Assembly: GCA_965205025.1 (NCBI GenBank)
Contig: CBDBFU010000020.1
Coordinates: 160,001 to 224,000 of the forward strand
Origin: Candidatus Poribacteria bacterium
GTDB lineage: Bacteria; Poribacteria; WGA-4E; WGA-3G
Reading direction: 5' to 3'
Length of the DNA: 64,000 nt
Shown here: positions 19,485 through 28,957 of the stretch, one piece after another
Layout of the letters: each line of letters begins with the position of its first letter
Position numbering within the stretch: position 1 is the first letter of the stretch
The notes under the pieces: model-generated
Database searches by the model: none
What the model saw: the letters and a program-made list of their open reading frames with translations, nothing else
What the model was told of the DNA's origin: nothing
Program-made: the position numbers and the translations under genes

Positions 19485-20752
19485 TTTTGTGATTGCATTA
19501 AGAGGGAAGTCTGTTTTTCACGTGCTTGTTGAGCTTCTTTTATCGAACCAAGTTGTGTATAGATAGTTGCCAGTGTATCCCAGTAATTGGGATTTGTAGG
19601 TATTTTCTTCGTGGCAAATAACGCATGAGACAGTGCTTTGGTAAGATGTTTATTTAATTCAGAATAGCAGACAGCCAGATTATTATGTGCTATAGCGAGT
19701 TCAGAATCGTATTTAATTGCAAGCAGGTAGGCATCAATAGCAAGTTTTCTCTTTCCTTGTTTATGATAGGCATGACCCAAGTTATAATGGGCTGAAGCTA
19801 AATTAGGAGAAAGAGTTATGGCTTTTTTATAGTTTAGAATTGCTTCCTCAAAACATCGACGGGTTAGGAGAAGAATTCCCAAATTATTGTAACCTTTTGA
19901 ATCATCGGGATGGATTTTCACCCATTTTTTTGCTTTTACCAAAAGTGGATCTGTATCCCTAAGAATTTTGAAGTATGCCATTGTTTGTTCTGCTTTATTC
20001 TTCTCTCCATTCTTAATATAAAGCTGGGCAATCTGGTAATGTGCTTCTGTATAATCTTTCTGGATTATAATAACTTGTTCTAAAACAGGTCTTGCTTCAT
20101 TAGTATTCCCTTGTCTCAAGTATACCTTACCTAAACCTATTAATGCACCAATACTGTTGGGTTTAACTTTCAATGCAGCCTTATATTCCTGTTCTGATTG
20201 TAAGAGTTGACCCTGTTTAAGATAAATATCACCAAGACCAATATATGCGTCTGTCCATTTTTTATCTACAGCAATAACTTGTTTGAAAGCATCAATTGCA
20301 GATGGAAAATTTCCTTGATTGTAATATACTAAGCCAATATTAAAGTAGGGTTCTGCAGGCTTTGGTGAAAATCTGATTGCTTTGTTATATTCATCTAATG
20401 CCTTTTCGTATTGTTTGAGTTCCGAATAAACTATTCCTAATGCGTTGTGGAAAATAGGGGAATTATTCTTGATATCAATGGCTTTATTATATTCTGAGAC
20501 TGCTTTTTCAAATTCTTCTAAATGGAAATGAGCAGATCCCATATTGTAATGAATTTCACAGATTAACTCTGGACTTGAATGTGGTTCTGTGAATGTAAGT
20601 GCTTTATTAAATTCGTCTATAGCCTTGCGATATCGTCCGTTATCCAAATATGTCATACCATTTTGGTAAAATACATCAACTTGGTTGGCATAGGTGAAAT
20701 TGTATATTGTGGCACATATAAAAAGAATTGTAACCCATTTAATTTTACGCAT
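19481..20752 (-). CDS. Tetratricopeptide repeat protein, secreted
   Basis: Multiple 34-aa TPR motifs (HYNMG, HNALG, YFNIG, HYNLG); 4-bp overlap with the CRTAC1 gene. Confidence 0.92.
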   Translation of the reverse strand: MRKIKWVTILFICATIYNFTYANQVDVFYQNGMTYLDNGRYRKAIDEFNKALTFTEPHSSPELICEIHYNMGSAHFHLEEFEKAVSEYNKAIDIKNNSPIFHNALGIVYSELKQYEKALDEYNKAIRFSPKPAEPYFNIGLVYYNQGNFPSAIDAFKQVIAVDKKWTDAYIGLGDIYLKQGQLLQSEQEYKAALKVKPNSIGALIGLGKVYLRQGNTNEARPVLEQVIIIQKDYTEAHYQIAQLYIKNGEKNKAEQTMAYFKILRDTDPLLVKAKKWVKIHPDDSKGYNNLGILLLTRRCFEEAILNYKKAITLSPNLASAHYNLGHAYHKQGKRKLAIDAYLLAIKYDSELAIAHNNLAVCYSELNKHLTKALSHALFATKKIPTNPNYWDTLATIYTQLGSIKEAQQAREKQTSLLMQSQK

Positions 20753-20881
20753 TTGTCATTGTAAATTGGAGTATTCTGGATCTAAGATCGGTGGGTATGG
20801 ATTTGGTGATATTTAGAGGGAATTGGAATGTAAATATCTCAATTGAAAATGGGATTAGCAAATCAATATTATTAGCAAAAG

Positions 20882-20910
20882 ACAAGGGCAGTTTTTATAA
20901 CTGCCCTTGT
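20882..20910 (-). terminator. Intrinsic terminator-like hairpin after the LamG gene
   Basis: Perfect 12-bp stem ACAAGGGCAGTT...AACTGCCCTTGT just past the stop, followed by CTTTT on the minus strand. Confidence 0.75.
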
Positions 20911-20918
20911 GAATGATC

Positions 20919-21695
20919 TTACCAGTTGCGTTCAGTCTTTATGACACCCCAGGTGGTAGTTAATTTATCTGCAGGTTTTACTGGAGTAAAACCACCGTCT
21001 TTGATAGTATTGATTTCATCTTCTGTAATAATACGATCAAAGAGATACACCTCATCAATCACCCCAGTAAAGAATTCTTGACCTGGATGTCTTGCACCTA
21101 CCATTACAGAACCATCAATTTCTGCAACAGTGGGGGGTTTTCCTCCTCCACCGGCCCTCTTGCCATCGTAATAGATGTCTACCGTAGATTTTGTGTCATG
21201 TGTTAAGGTGATATGTACCCAATCCTCAGGTTGAGCGCCATCGGTTTGACCTCTAAGACCCCATCCACCACCATTTGTGTAAACGAAAGTCTTTTGGTTA
21301 TCTTTATTAAAAATAACTGCCCACTTGAGAGATCCTCCGGAAACCATATAGTTCCAAGCTCGTATTTGTGTATCCCCACGTTTTACCCAAAATGCCACGG
21401 AAAACTGTTCTCTTAATTGTAAGGTATCATTGATAGGAACTATAACATATTGTCCTTTTGTACCATCAAATTCTATTGCTTTTTCGCTCATTCCATCTAC
21501 CCATTTTGGTCCTTTCATAAGTTCACCGTCATGTCCGTATTGAGAACCATCTTTGGCAGTATTTCCTGTTCCTTCATCAAAGGATAGATATAATACAAGA
21601 GATTTGTCGTCTAAACCAGCATAAGAAAGAGAGGTGATGATAATAAAAATAAATGTTAAAAGTAGTAGTGTAGGTAATTTCATTAGTTTTGACAC
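20919..21695 (-). CDS. Secreted LamG/concanavalin A-like domain protein with C-terminal KLTTTWG tail
   Basis: AAGGAGG SD and GTG start, signal peptide, LVLYLSFDEG, FTGVIDEV and tail PVKPADKLTTTWGVIK. Confidence 0.88.
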   Translation of the reverse strand: MSKLMKLPTLLLLTFIFIIITSLSYAGLDDKSLVLYLSFDEGTGNTAKDGSQYGHDGELMKGPKWVDGMSEKAIEFDGTKGQYVIVPINDTLQLREQFSVAFWVKRGDTQIRAWNYMVSGGSLKWAVIFNKDNQKTFVYTNGGGWGLRGQTDGAQPEDWVHITLTHDTKSTVDIYYDGKRAGGGGKPPTVAEIDGSVMVGARHPGQEFFTGVIDEVYLFDRIITEDEINTIKDGGFTPVKPADKLTTTWGVIKTERNW

Positions 21696-21777
21696 TGCTT
21701 ATTCCTCCTTCATTGAGTCAATACACAGACTATTAATAGTATATCAATATTCTTGTTGTTGAAATATAATCAGTAGA

Positions 21778-23520
21778 TTAACATGCTCCGCATTTTTTGC
21801 AAACAGTTGTGTCACACGGACTGGTCATAAAACCTTTTTCGTATTTATTATGTTCAAGTTGTAGGAATTGCGGTTTAACGTTTAAATCAAGATGATCCCA
21901 AGGGTTAATCTCATCAAATTCTCGTTGACGTAATGCATAGAAATTTGGAGCTAAGCCATGTAAACGGAATGCATTATTCCATGTACTCCCTTGCGCCAAC
22001 TCATAAATTACCCTACCAAGTCTGCGATCACCACGAGCAAATACAGCTTCTTGGTGTGCTAAACGCGCGCTTGCTGATGAAACCTTGATACTTCCAAGTC
22101 GATTAATTTCACGTTTTAAATAATCCAGTTTTTTGGATATGGTTTTTGGGGGTTCCATTGGAACCCATTGAAATGGTGTATGTGGTTTTGGTACCATAGG
22201 AGAAATAGTAAAACTGATGCGACCAATTTTGCCAGTACGTTTAGCATGAGGTAAAAGTATTGTACGCATCTCCTTTGCCATATCTGCAATTGCAGTAACA
22301 TCTTCAGGAGCTTCATAGGGTACACCTATAAGAAAATACAGTCTGAGATTGAGAATATCCCGTTTTAATGCTTCTTCAAAGATATAGTAGAGACGTTCCC
22401 GCGGAATACCTTTATTTACAATCTTTTGCAGTCTTTCTGTTGCAACTTCAGGGGCAATTGTAATTGTTCCCTGATCACTATCGGCTAATGCATCCAATAA
22501 TGGTGATTCAACTGTCTCTGCTCTAAGAGATGCACAGGAGATACGAAAACCTTTATTAACTAAACCGGATGCGATTTCATTTATCTGAGGGTGGTCTGAT
22601 ATAGAGGCACCAACTAAGCCTATTCTATCTGTAATTCCACGAGCTTTTTCTGCAAGTTTGAGTGTGTTTTCCACTGATCGGTGTCTTGGCCATCTACGTG
22701 CATAATCTGCCACACAGAATCGACATTGTCGACCACATCCACGTACGATTTCTATTAAATGTGCATTGGAAAACTCTGTATTAGGGGTATGTATCTTTGT
22801 ACATGTTTCTACATTATCAAGTATAGGAACTGCTACTGAAGTAATTTTCGGTGGAATATCTGACTCTGTATCAACGTTCTTTACTGTACCATCTTGATTA
22901 TATGTAATATCATAGAAACTGGGTACATATAAACCGGGTTCAGTAGCCATAGCTCTTAACAATTCATCCTTCGTTCCGTGAGATATCTTCCATTGGTTAA
23001 AGTGTTCCATGAAATTATGAATTAATTCTTCCGCTTCACCAACAACAAAAATATCAATGAAATCAGCTATAGGTTCGGGGTTATAGGATATATTGATTCC
23101 GCCAGCAACGATGATCGGATCCCATTCTGTACGATTAATTGCCAGTGGAGGTATGTTACCTAATTCTAATGCTCGAGGAATATTAATGTAATCGGATTCA
23201 AACGAGACAGAAAATCCAACTATATCAAAATCGTGAAGAGGAGATTGGGTTTCTAATGAAAAAAGTGGTGATGTTTTATTTATTAGTTCCTGAACATATT
23301 TATGTTCAGGTATAAAGACGCGTTCGCATGAAGTATCAGTACGATTATTTAATGTGGAGTGAATAACTTGTACACCAAGACTCGACATACCGAGTTGATA
23401 AGTACTGGGGTATACAAGAGCAAATCGGTTTGCTTTTCTGAATCTATTTATATCATTGGTGTCAGAATCAACATACCTTTCTGTTGTGAGTAATTGTCTT
23501 GTATGTTCACGTAAGTTCAA
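21778..23520 (-). CDS. B12-binding-type radical SAM protein (TIGR03960-like)
   Basis: CxxxCxxC motif (CGRQCRFC), GMSSLG, PKPHTPFQW and a C-terminal Cys cluster (CDTTVCKKCGAC). Confidence 0.85.
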   Translation of the reverse strand: MNLREHTRQLLTTERYVDSDTNDINRFRKANRFALVYPSTYQLGMSSLGVQVIHSTLNNRTDTSCERVFIPEHKYVQELINKTSPLFSLETQSPLHDFDIVGFSVSFESDYINIPRALELGNIPPLAINRTEWDPIIVAGGINISYNPEPIADFIDIFVVGEAEELIHNFMEHFNQWKISHGTKDELLRAMATEPGLYVPSFYDITYNQDGTVKNVDTESDIPPKITSVAVPILDNVETCTKIHTPNTEFSNAHLIEIVRGCGRQCRFCVADYARRWPRHRSVENTLKLAEKARGITDRIGLVGASISDHPQINEIASGLVNKGFRISCASLRAETVESPLLDALADSDQGTITIAPEVATERLQKIVNKGIPRERLYYIFEEALKRDILNLRLYFLIGVPYEAPEDVTAIADMAKEMRTILLPHAKRTGKIGRISFTISPMVPKPHTPFQWVPMEPPKTISKKLDYLKREINRLGSIKVSSASARLAHQEAVFARGDRRLGRVIYELAQGSTWNNAFRLHGLAPNFYALRQREFDEINPWDHLDLNVKPQFLQLEHNKYEKGFMTSPCDTTVCKKCGAC

Positions 23521-23571
23521 TAGAATCCCTCTAATAGTGTATTATACGGTATAGTAATAGTAATTTATGAT

Positions 23572-24888
23572 CTAAGTCTTTCGTTTATCCCTTCTTTGTT
23601 GAACTCTAAGAAATGTAGGGATATCCCACTGTTTTTCTTGGTTCTGATCCTGTTCCTCATTGTTTTCTTTCTCTTCTTCTGGTTTATCCTGTCCTTGTTT
23701 TGCTGGTGGGTTTTGAGGATTGGTTCGTCTGTTTGGTGGATTGGTTTGTCCTTCATCGCCTCTACCTTGTGGAGTTCTATCCCAATTCCGTTGGTTCCGA
23801 CCAGGTGTTCCTGTCTCAGAAGACCGAACTCGACTTCCTTGAAGCATAGGATTAGCTTGACCACCCTGTGGGTTACCGCCTTGTGGATTATATCTCCCAG
23901 TTTGATCAGATTTTGCTTCTGAAGGCGGATCGAATCCGGTTGCGATAACAGTCACCAATACCTCATCATTTAGTTCCAATTCGTCTTTGCATACTAAACC
24001 GAAAATAGGTTGAGCATCTTCAGAAGCATCAGTAATAACCTTCATCGCTTCGTCTAATTCGTGCATATTAAAGTCTGGAGGTGCAGTTATATTTACAATC
24101 ATACCTACGGCACCAGCAATACTTGTTTCTTCAAGTAAGGGTGATGAAATTGCAGCGGCAGCAGCTAATTGTGCGCGGTTATCTCCAGTGGCTTTACCCA
24201 TACCCATAAGTGCAGTTCCAGCATCTCGCATGACAGTTTCCACATCTGCAAAATCAAGATTGATTTCTCCAGCTTCAGTAATAATATCAGAAATACTCTG
24301 AACTGCATGTAATAAAATTTGATCTCCGTATTTAAAAGCATCTTGAATAGGGAGTTTGCGGTCATAATTGTCAATCAAGCATTGGTTTGGCACAACAATT
24401 ACCGAATCAGATTTATTTCGCAATTCTTCCAATCCTATTTCTGCTTTTTCTGCCCTAAGTTTTCCTTCGAAATTGAATGGACGCGTAACGACACCTATAG
24501 TTAGAGCACCCTTTTCTTTTGCCAGAGAGGCGACGACAGGAGCTGCACCAGTTCCTGTTCCTCCACCCATTCCTGCAGCAACAAAAACCATATTTGCAGA
24601 ATCAACTATTTCTTGTAATGTCTCTCTATCTTCTTCAGCGGCTTCCCTTCCAACTTCAGGATTTGCCCCCGCACCTAATCCCTTTGTTGTACTCATTCCT
24701 ATCTGTATTTGTGTTGCTCCGTGGCAGGTATTAAGTGCTTGGGAGTCAGTATTAACTGCATAAAACTCAATACCAGTAAGAGCTGCTTCAATCATCCGTC
24801 TAACAGCATTACCACCAGCTCCACCTACCCCTATAACCTTAATCTTTGCACTCGCATTTTCAAATTCTTCTTGTTCAAATTGTATCAT
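23572..24888 (-). CDS. ftsZ: Cell division protein FtsZ
   Basis: GVGGAGGNAV, GGGTGTG, INLDFADV, a low-complexity linker and C-terminal DIPTFLR. Confidence 0.98.
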   Translation of the reverse strand: MIQFEQEEFENASAKIKVIGVGGAGGNAVRRMIEAALTGIEFYAVNTDSQALNTCHGATQIQIGMSTTKGLGAGANPEVGREAAEEDRETLQEIVDSANMVFVAAGMGGGTGTGAAPVVASLAKEKGALTIGVVTRPFNFEGKLRAEKAEIGLEELRNKSDSVIVVPNQCLIDNYDRKLPIQDAFKYGDQILLHAVQSISDIITEAGEINLDFADVETVMRDAGTALMGMGKATGDNRAQLAAAAAISSPLLEETSIAGAVGMIVNITAPPDFNMHELDEAMKVITDASEDAQPIFGLVCKDELELNDEVLVTVIATGFDPPSEAKSDQTGRYNPQGGNPQGGQANPMLQGSRVRSSETGTPGRNQRNWDRTPQGRGDEGQTNPPNRRTNPQNPPAKQGQDKPEEEKENNEEQDQNQEKQWDIPTFLRVQQRRDKRKT

Positions 24889-25390
24889 CAGTAATTTCAG
24901 TCACCTTTGGTAACTCATATTGGTAATACCCAGCGAGGTTCCTACCATTGATTTAATGTCATGTTGACTTCCCAGCGGTAACTTAATTCCTCCTTCACAT
25001 AAGACAGTATACATGATAGCTTATTTCATATATAATAATAAATCTCGAATTAAAACTTGTTATTAATCTGAATCCTTTCACTAACAATCTTTCAGTATTG
25101 TATTTAATTCATTTAACACGAACAATCAGGAACGTCCTCTTATTCAGGAACTCTTATATATATTGGTAATATAGTACATTCAGCCAATTCGTTCTTTCAA
25201 AGACAAGTAAATATTATTGGGTATTTAATTATACTATAGTCTCTTGGTTATTATACTGTTAATTACTAAATAAAGCAATAGATTGTGTATTGTAAGAATT
25301 AGTGATAAGAAATTTGAGTGAAAATTCACTTTGTCGGTACATTCAGTTGAGATAACCAACAATTAATTACATGACTTAATTCATAGACTC

Positions 25391-26626
25391 TTAATAACCG
25401 AACCACTCCTTAATGTGTCGGAAAATACCTCCAATGGGTGTAGAACTCTTTCTTAGTAATCGCGCATGTCTTTCTTCCCGACGTAAATCTTCCCCATACA
25501 TTGCTAAACCCATACTTGTAGCATATATAGGATAATTGACTCTATCTGTTAAACCTTTCAGTTCTTTTGGGTATCCAACTTGTGCGCGTAATGGTAAGAC
25601 TTGTTCCGCCAGTTCAGTCAATCCATCCATGAGTGCTGTGCCACCAGTTAAAACTAATCCCCCTGGAAGTTGTATATCTCCAATTTCACTGCCAATTCCT
25701 TCAAGTATTTCTACCATTCTATATTCAATGATTTGTGCTAATTCAAATCTACTAATAAACCGTGGAGGACTCGACCCAGAAGAAATAGGAATAGAAGTGG
25801 AATCATCTTCTGTTACCCATTCTGTCCAAGCACATCCTTTATTAATTTTTAATTCTTCTGCTATTGGTAAGTTGACCTTAAGGTATTGTGCTATGTCATT
25901 TGTAACATGTTGTCCCCCGACTGGAAAAACAATCACATGGTCAATGGCATCTTCTTTATAAATGATGATTTCAGTGGTCTGGTCCCCAATATCAACAAGA
26001 ACGATTCCTACTTCACGCTCGTCTCTTTGAAGAACAGCTTTGGCAGATGCAACGGGGGCAACTGCTAAAGTGTCAACACTTGGTATATCTGCTTGTTCGA
26101 CACTATTTAATAAACTTTGTATTCCACTTGTGCTCCCAGTGATTATGTAAGCATTTGCCTCTAATCGTGAACCAGACATCCCCACCGGTTCTTTAATTTG
26201 ATTGTTCATGTCAATTACAAAGTTCTGTTCTATGACATGAAGTATGTCCTCGCCATCAGGGATAGCGGCAATTGACCTTGCGGAGTGTACTGCTCTATCT
26301 ACATCATCCTTACTTATTTGCGATGGATTTTTTACTGTGACAACACCACGCGATGTTTGTCCTTTTATATGTTCACCAGAAATCCCTAAACAAACAGACT
26401 CAATATTCACACCCGACATGAGCTCTGCTTCTGAAATTGCCTCTCGTATTGCATCAGCCGTCAAATTGATATCAACTACAACCCCCCTTCGTATACCACT
26501 TGAATTTGCTGACCCAACACCGATTATTTCCATCTGACCATCAAGTCCGGGAAGGCTGTGGCATACAACCACTGAGATTTTACTTGAGCCGATGTCTAAT
26601 CCGGTGATAATCGTTCCTTTTGCCAT
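25391..26626 (-). CDS. ftsA: Cell division protein FtsA
   Basis: GLDIGSSK, GMSGSRLE, VDIG, GGQHVTNDIA and VLTGG. Confidence 0.97.
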   Translation of the reverse strand: MAKGTIITGLDIGSSKISVVVCHSLPGLDGQMEIIGVGSANSSGIRRGVVVDINLTADAIREAISEAELMSGVNIESVCLGISGEHIKGQTSRGVVTVKNPSQISKDDVDRAVHSARSIAAIPDGEDILHVIEQNFVIDMNNQIKEPVGMSGSRLEANAYIITGSTSGIQSLLNSVEQADIPSVDTLAVAPVASAKAVLQRDEREVGIVLVDIGDQTTEIIIYKEDAIDHVIVFPVGGQHVTNDIAQYLKVNLPIAEELKINKGCAWTEWVTEDDSTSIPISSGSSPPRFISRFELAQIIEYRMVEILEGIGSEIGDIQLPGGLVLTGGTALMDGLTELAEQVLPLRAQVGYPKELKGLTDRVNYPIYATSMGLAMYGEDLRREERHARLLRKSSTPIGGIFRHIKEWFGY

Positions 26627-27571
26627 CTATTTGTTGGATCCTCCTAAATAAAGTGTATCTTCATAACGTGCATCTAAATAATCATACTTTTGATATACTT
26701 TTACATCTTTGGAACTGAAATCTTTTGTTATGTTATTTGCTAATTCCGTTTCTTTATTTTGTATATCGGTGAGTATGTTATTCCTAACAAATAAAGTAAT
26801 TTGATGTAAACCTGTTTCTATCATATCTTCTGAAATCCATATTGGTATAGATAAACTACTTATCTTGATAGTAATTTGTTGTGATACTCGTGGATCAATG
26901 GATTTTAGATATTTTGCTATAGTACGTTCCTTAGTATTAATGTTTCTTAAGATGTGAATACCAAGGTGTGTTGTATCGGATTCTATTTGTTTGCCTATTT
27001 CAGGTTTTACTTCACCTTCATCAAGGATGATGACCAAGTGTGTAAACTGCTCCAATGATATATTTTCTAAGACATAACCATCATCATCAATTAGAAATAA
27101 AGTTTCACCATTAAATTCTGTTTTGTCCTTATTGTGTTTGTTTTTTAATGTATTATTCTTTGTGAGTTTAAAGTCGACACGGGCAAAAGGTTTACGTTCC
27201 GTTATCTCAATAGTTAACAAGCGTTTGATTAAATTTCGAGTTACATTAGCCTCTTCAATATAGCTTAAATTTTCTTTAAGATACAAAGCAGTTTTCTCTT
27301 CTGAATCAGTAATTATATTATCAAGATTTTCTCCCAATACATCAAAGACTTGTCCATCAGTATAATGGATATTTCCGAAAAGTGCAAATGTTACATGTTC
27401 AATATTAAAGAACCCAACGAAAATCTTAACAAGAAATAAAAGGGTTACGACTGCACTTACTAAAATTGTGGTCCGTCGGGCGCTGTAATTCTTGTTCCTT
27501 GCCCTTTTGGGTTTATATATCCGGTGATTTGGACCTTCTCTACTTCCTGAATATTTTTTGGATGATCTCAT
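26627..27571 (-). CDS. ftsQ: FtsQ/DivIB-like cell division protein
   Basis: Basic N-terminus, a single TM, POTRA-like GN..Y and IEITERKP, C-terminal YLDARY; lies between murC and ftsA. Confidence 0.8.
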   Translation of the reverse strand: MRSSKKYSGSREGPNHRIYKPKRARNKNYSARRTTILVSAVVTLLFLVKIFVGFFNIEHVTFALFGNIHYTDGQVFDVLGENLDNIITDSEEKTALYLKENLSYIEEANVTRNLIKRLLTIEITERKPFARVDFKLTKNNTLKNKHNKDKTEFNGETLFLIDDDGYVLENISLEQFTHLVIILDEGEVKPEIGKQIESDTTHLGIHILRNINTKERTIAKYLKSIDPRVSQQITIKISSLSIPIWISEDMIETGLHQITLFVRNNILTDIQNKETELANNITKDFSSKDVKVYQKYDYLDARYEDTLYLGGSNK

Positions 27572-28944
27572 GTTATTTCAACGTTTTTTCTATGTTGATT
27601 GAGAAATTTATGTCCAACATTTACAATATCTCCTGCCCCAAGTGTTATGACCAAATCATTAGGTTGTGTTATCTTAATCAGTTGTTGAACCACATCATCC
27701 ATATCAGAAATATAGATTACTTGTGGATGTCCATGATCCTTGATTGCCTTTGCAAGATTCTCACCGGTTACATTCTTTATTGGTTCTTCCCCTGCCCCGT
27801 AAATAGAGGTTACTATTAATACATCAGCTTGGAAAAAAGAGCGACAGAACTCGTCTTCAAGTGTTTGAACTCGTCCGAATCGATGTGGTTGAAAAACTGC
27901 AATTATACGTCGGTTGTAACCTTCTCTTGCTCCTTTTAGTGCGGCCATCAATTTTGCTGGATTATGTGCATAATCATCAACCACTACAATATCGTCAACA
28001 GTTCCTAATACCTCGAATCTTCGATGGACACCTTGGAATGACTCAAGTGCGATTCTCATCTCTTCAAAAGGAATATCCATTTCAAACCCTACTGCTATTG
28101 CTGCTAATGAATTTGCAATGTTATGTCTACCAGGCATTTTGAGATGGACATTTCCCCAAGATTCACCTTGGAATCGAATCTGATAATGTGATGTGGGACC
28201 CTCAATTTCTATTTCTTCTGCAATCAAATCTGCCCGTGTATCAAGACCATATGTAATGTATTTTTTATCCACTTTTGGAATCAATTTCTGTATGTTTTCT
28301 TGATCAAGACACAATATCGCTGAACCGTAAAAAGGCACTTTGTTGATAAAGGTTAAAAAAGTTTCACCAATTTCTTGAATGTTCTTATAATAATCTAAAT
28401 GGTCTGCATCCACCGAGGTGACAACTGCAATTGTAGGATAAAACATCTCAATTGAACCATATGCCTCATCAGCTTCAATAACCATTACCTCACCGTGTCC
28501 TCTCCGTCCATTACTACCATTGACTAATTTGCCACCAAGGACAATCGTCGGATCAAGTCTATCTAATACAGCTGCAGTCATTGCAGTAGTGGTTGTTTTC
28601 CCATGGGTTCCACTGACAGCAACACTAAAACGGAGGCGTGAGATTTCGTTTAGCATCTCTGCTCCACGAATAATTGGAATTTTCTGTAATTTAGCAGCCA
28701 GTAGTTCGGGATTCTCATCTGGAATTGCGGGAGATATCACAACTACATCAGCTCCTTCTATATTAGATGCTTCATGTTTGTTCCACACTGTTGCCCCACA
28801 TTCTTTTAGATGTTCAGTTGTATGAGATTTTTGTAGGTCAGAACCAGAAACATGAAAATCATGGTCAAGAAGAACTTCGGCAATGCCGCTTAAACCAGTA
28901 CCACCGATACCAATAATGTGTATATGTTGTGTTTTACCGAACAT
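27568..28944 (-). CDS. murC: UDP-N-acetylmuramate--L-alanine ligase
   Basis: GIGGTGLSG, GTHGKTTT, DDYAHNP and FQPHR. Start reassigned to MFGKTQ (28944). Confidence 0.97.
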   Translation of the reverse strand: MFGKTQHIHIIGIGGTGLSGIAEVLLDHDFHVSGSDLQKSHTTEHLKECGATVWNKHEASNIEGADVVVISPAIPDENPELLAAKLQKIPIIRGAEMLNEISRLRFSVAVSGTHGKTTTTAMTAAVLDRLDPTIVLGGKLVNGSNGRRGHGEVMVIEADEAYGSIEMFYPTIAVVTSVDADHLDYYKNIQEIGETFLTFINKVPFYGSAILCLDQENIQKLIPKVDKKYITYGLDTRADLIAEEIEIEGPTSHYQIRFQGESWGNVHLKMPGRHNIANSLAAIAVGFEMDIPFEEMRIALESFQGVHRRFEVLGTVDDIVVVDDYAHNPAKLMAALKGAREGYNRRIIAVFQPHRFGRVQTLEDEFCRSFFQADVLIVTSIYGAGEEPIKNVTGENLAKAIKDHGHPQVIYISDMDDVVQQLIKITQPNDLVITLGAGDIVNVGHKFLNQHRKNVEIT

Positions 28945-28957
28945 AATTGTATCCAAG

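Noticed and set aside
23565-23922. Alternative-frame and antisense ORFs over the ftsZ 3' end (99 aa and 108 aa)
   Set aside because: By-products of the low-complexity Q/N/P/E-rich FtsZ linker; no SD or recognisable domain.
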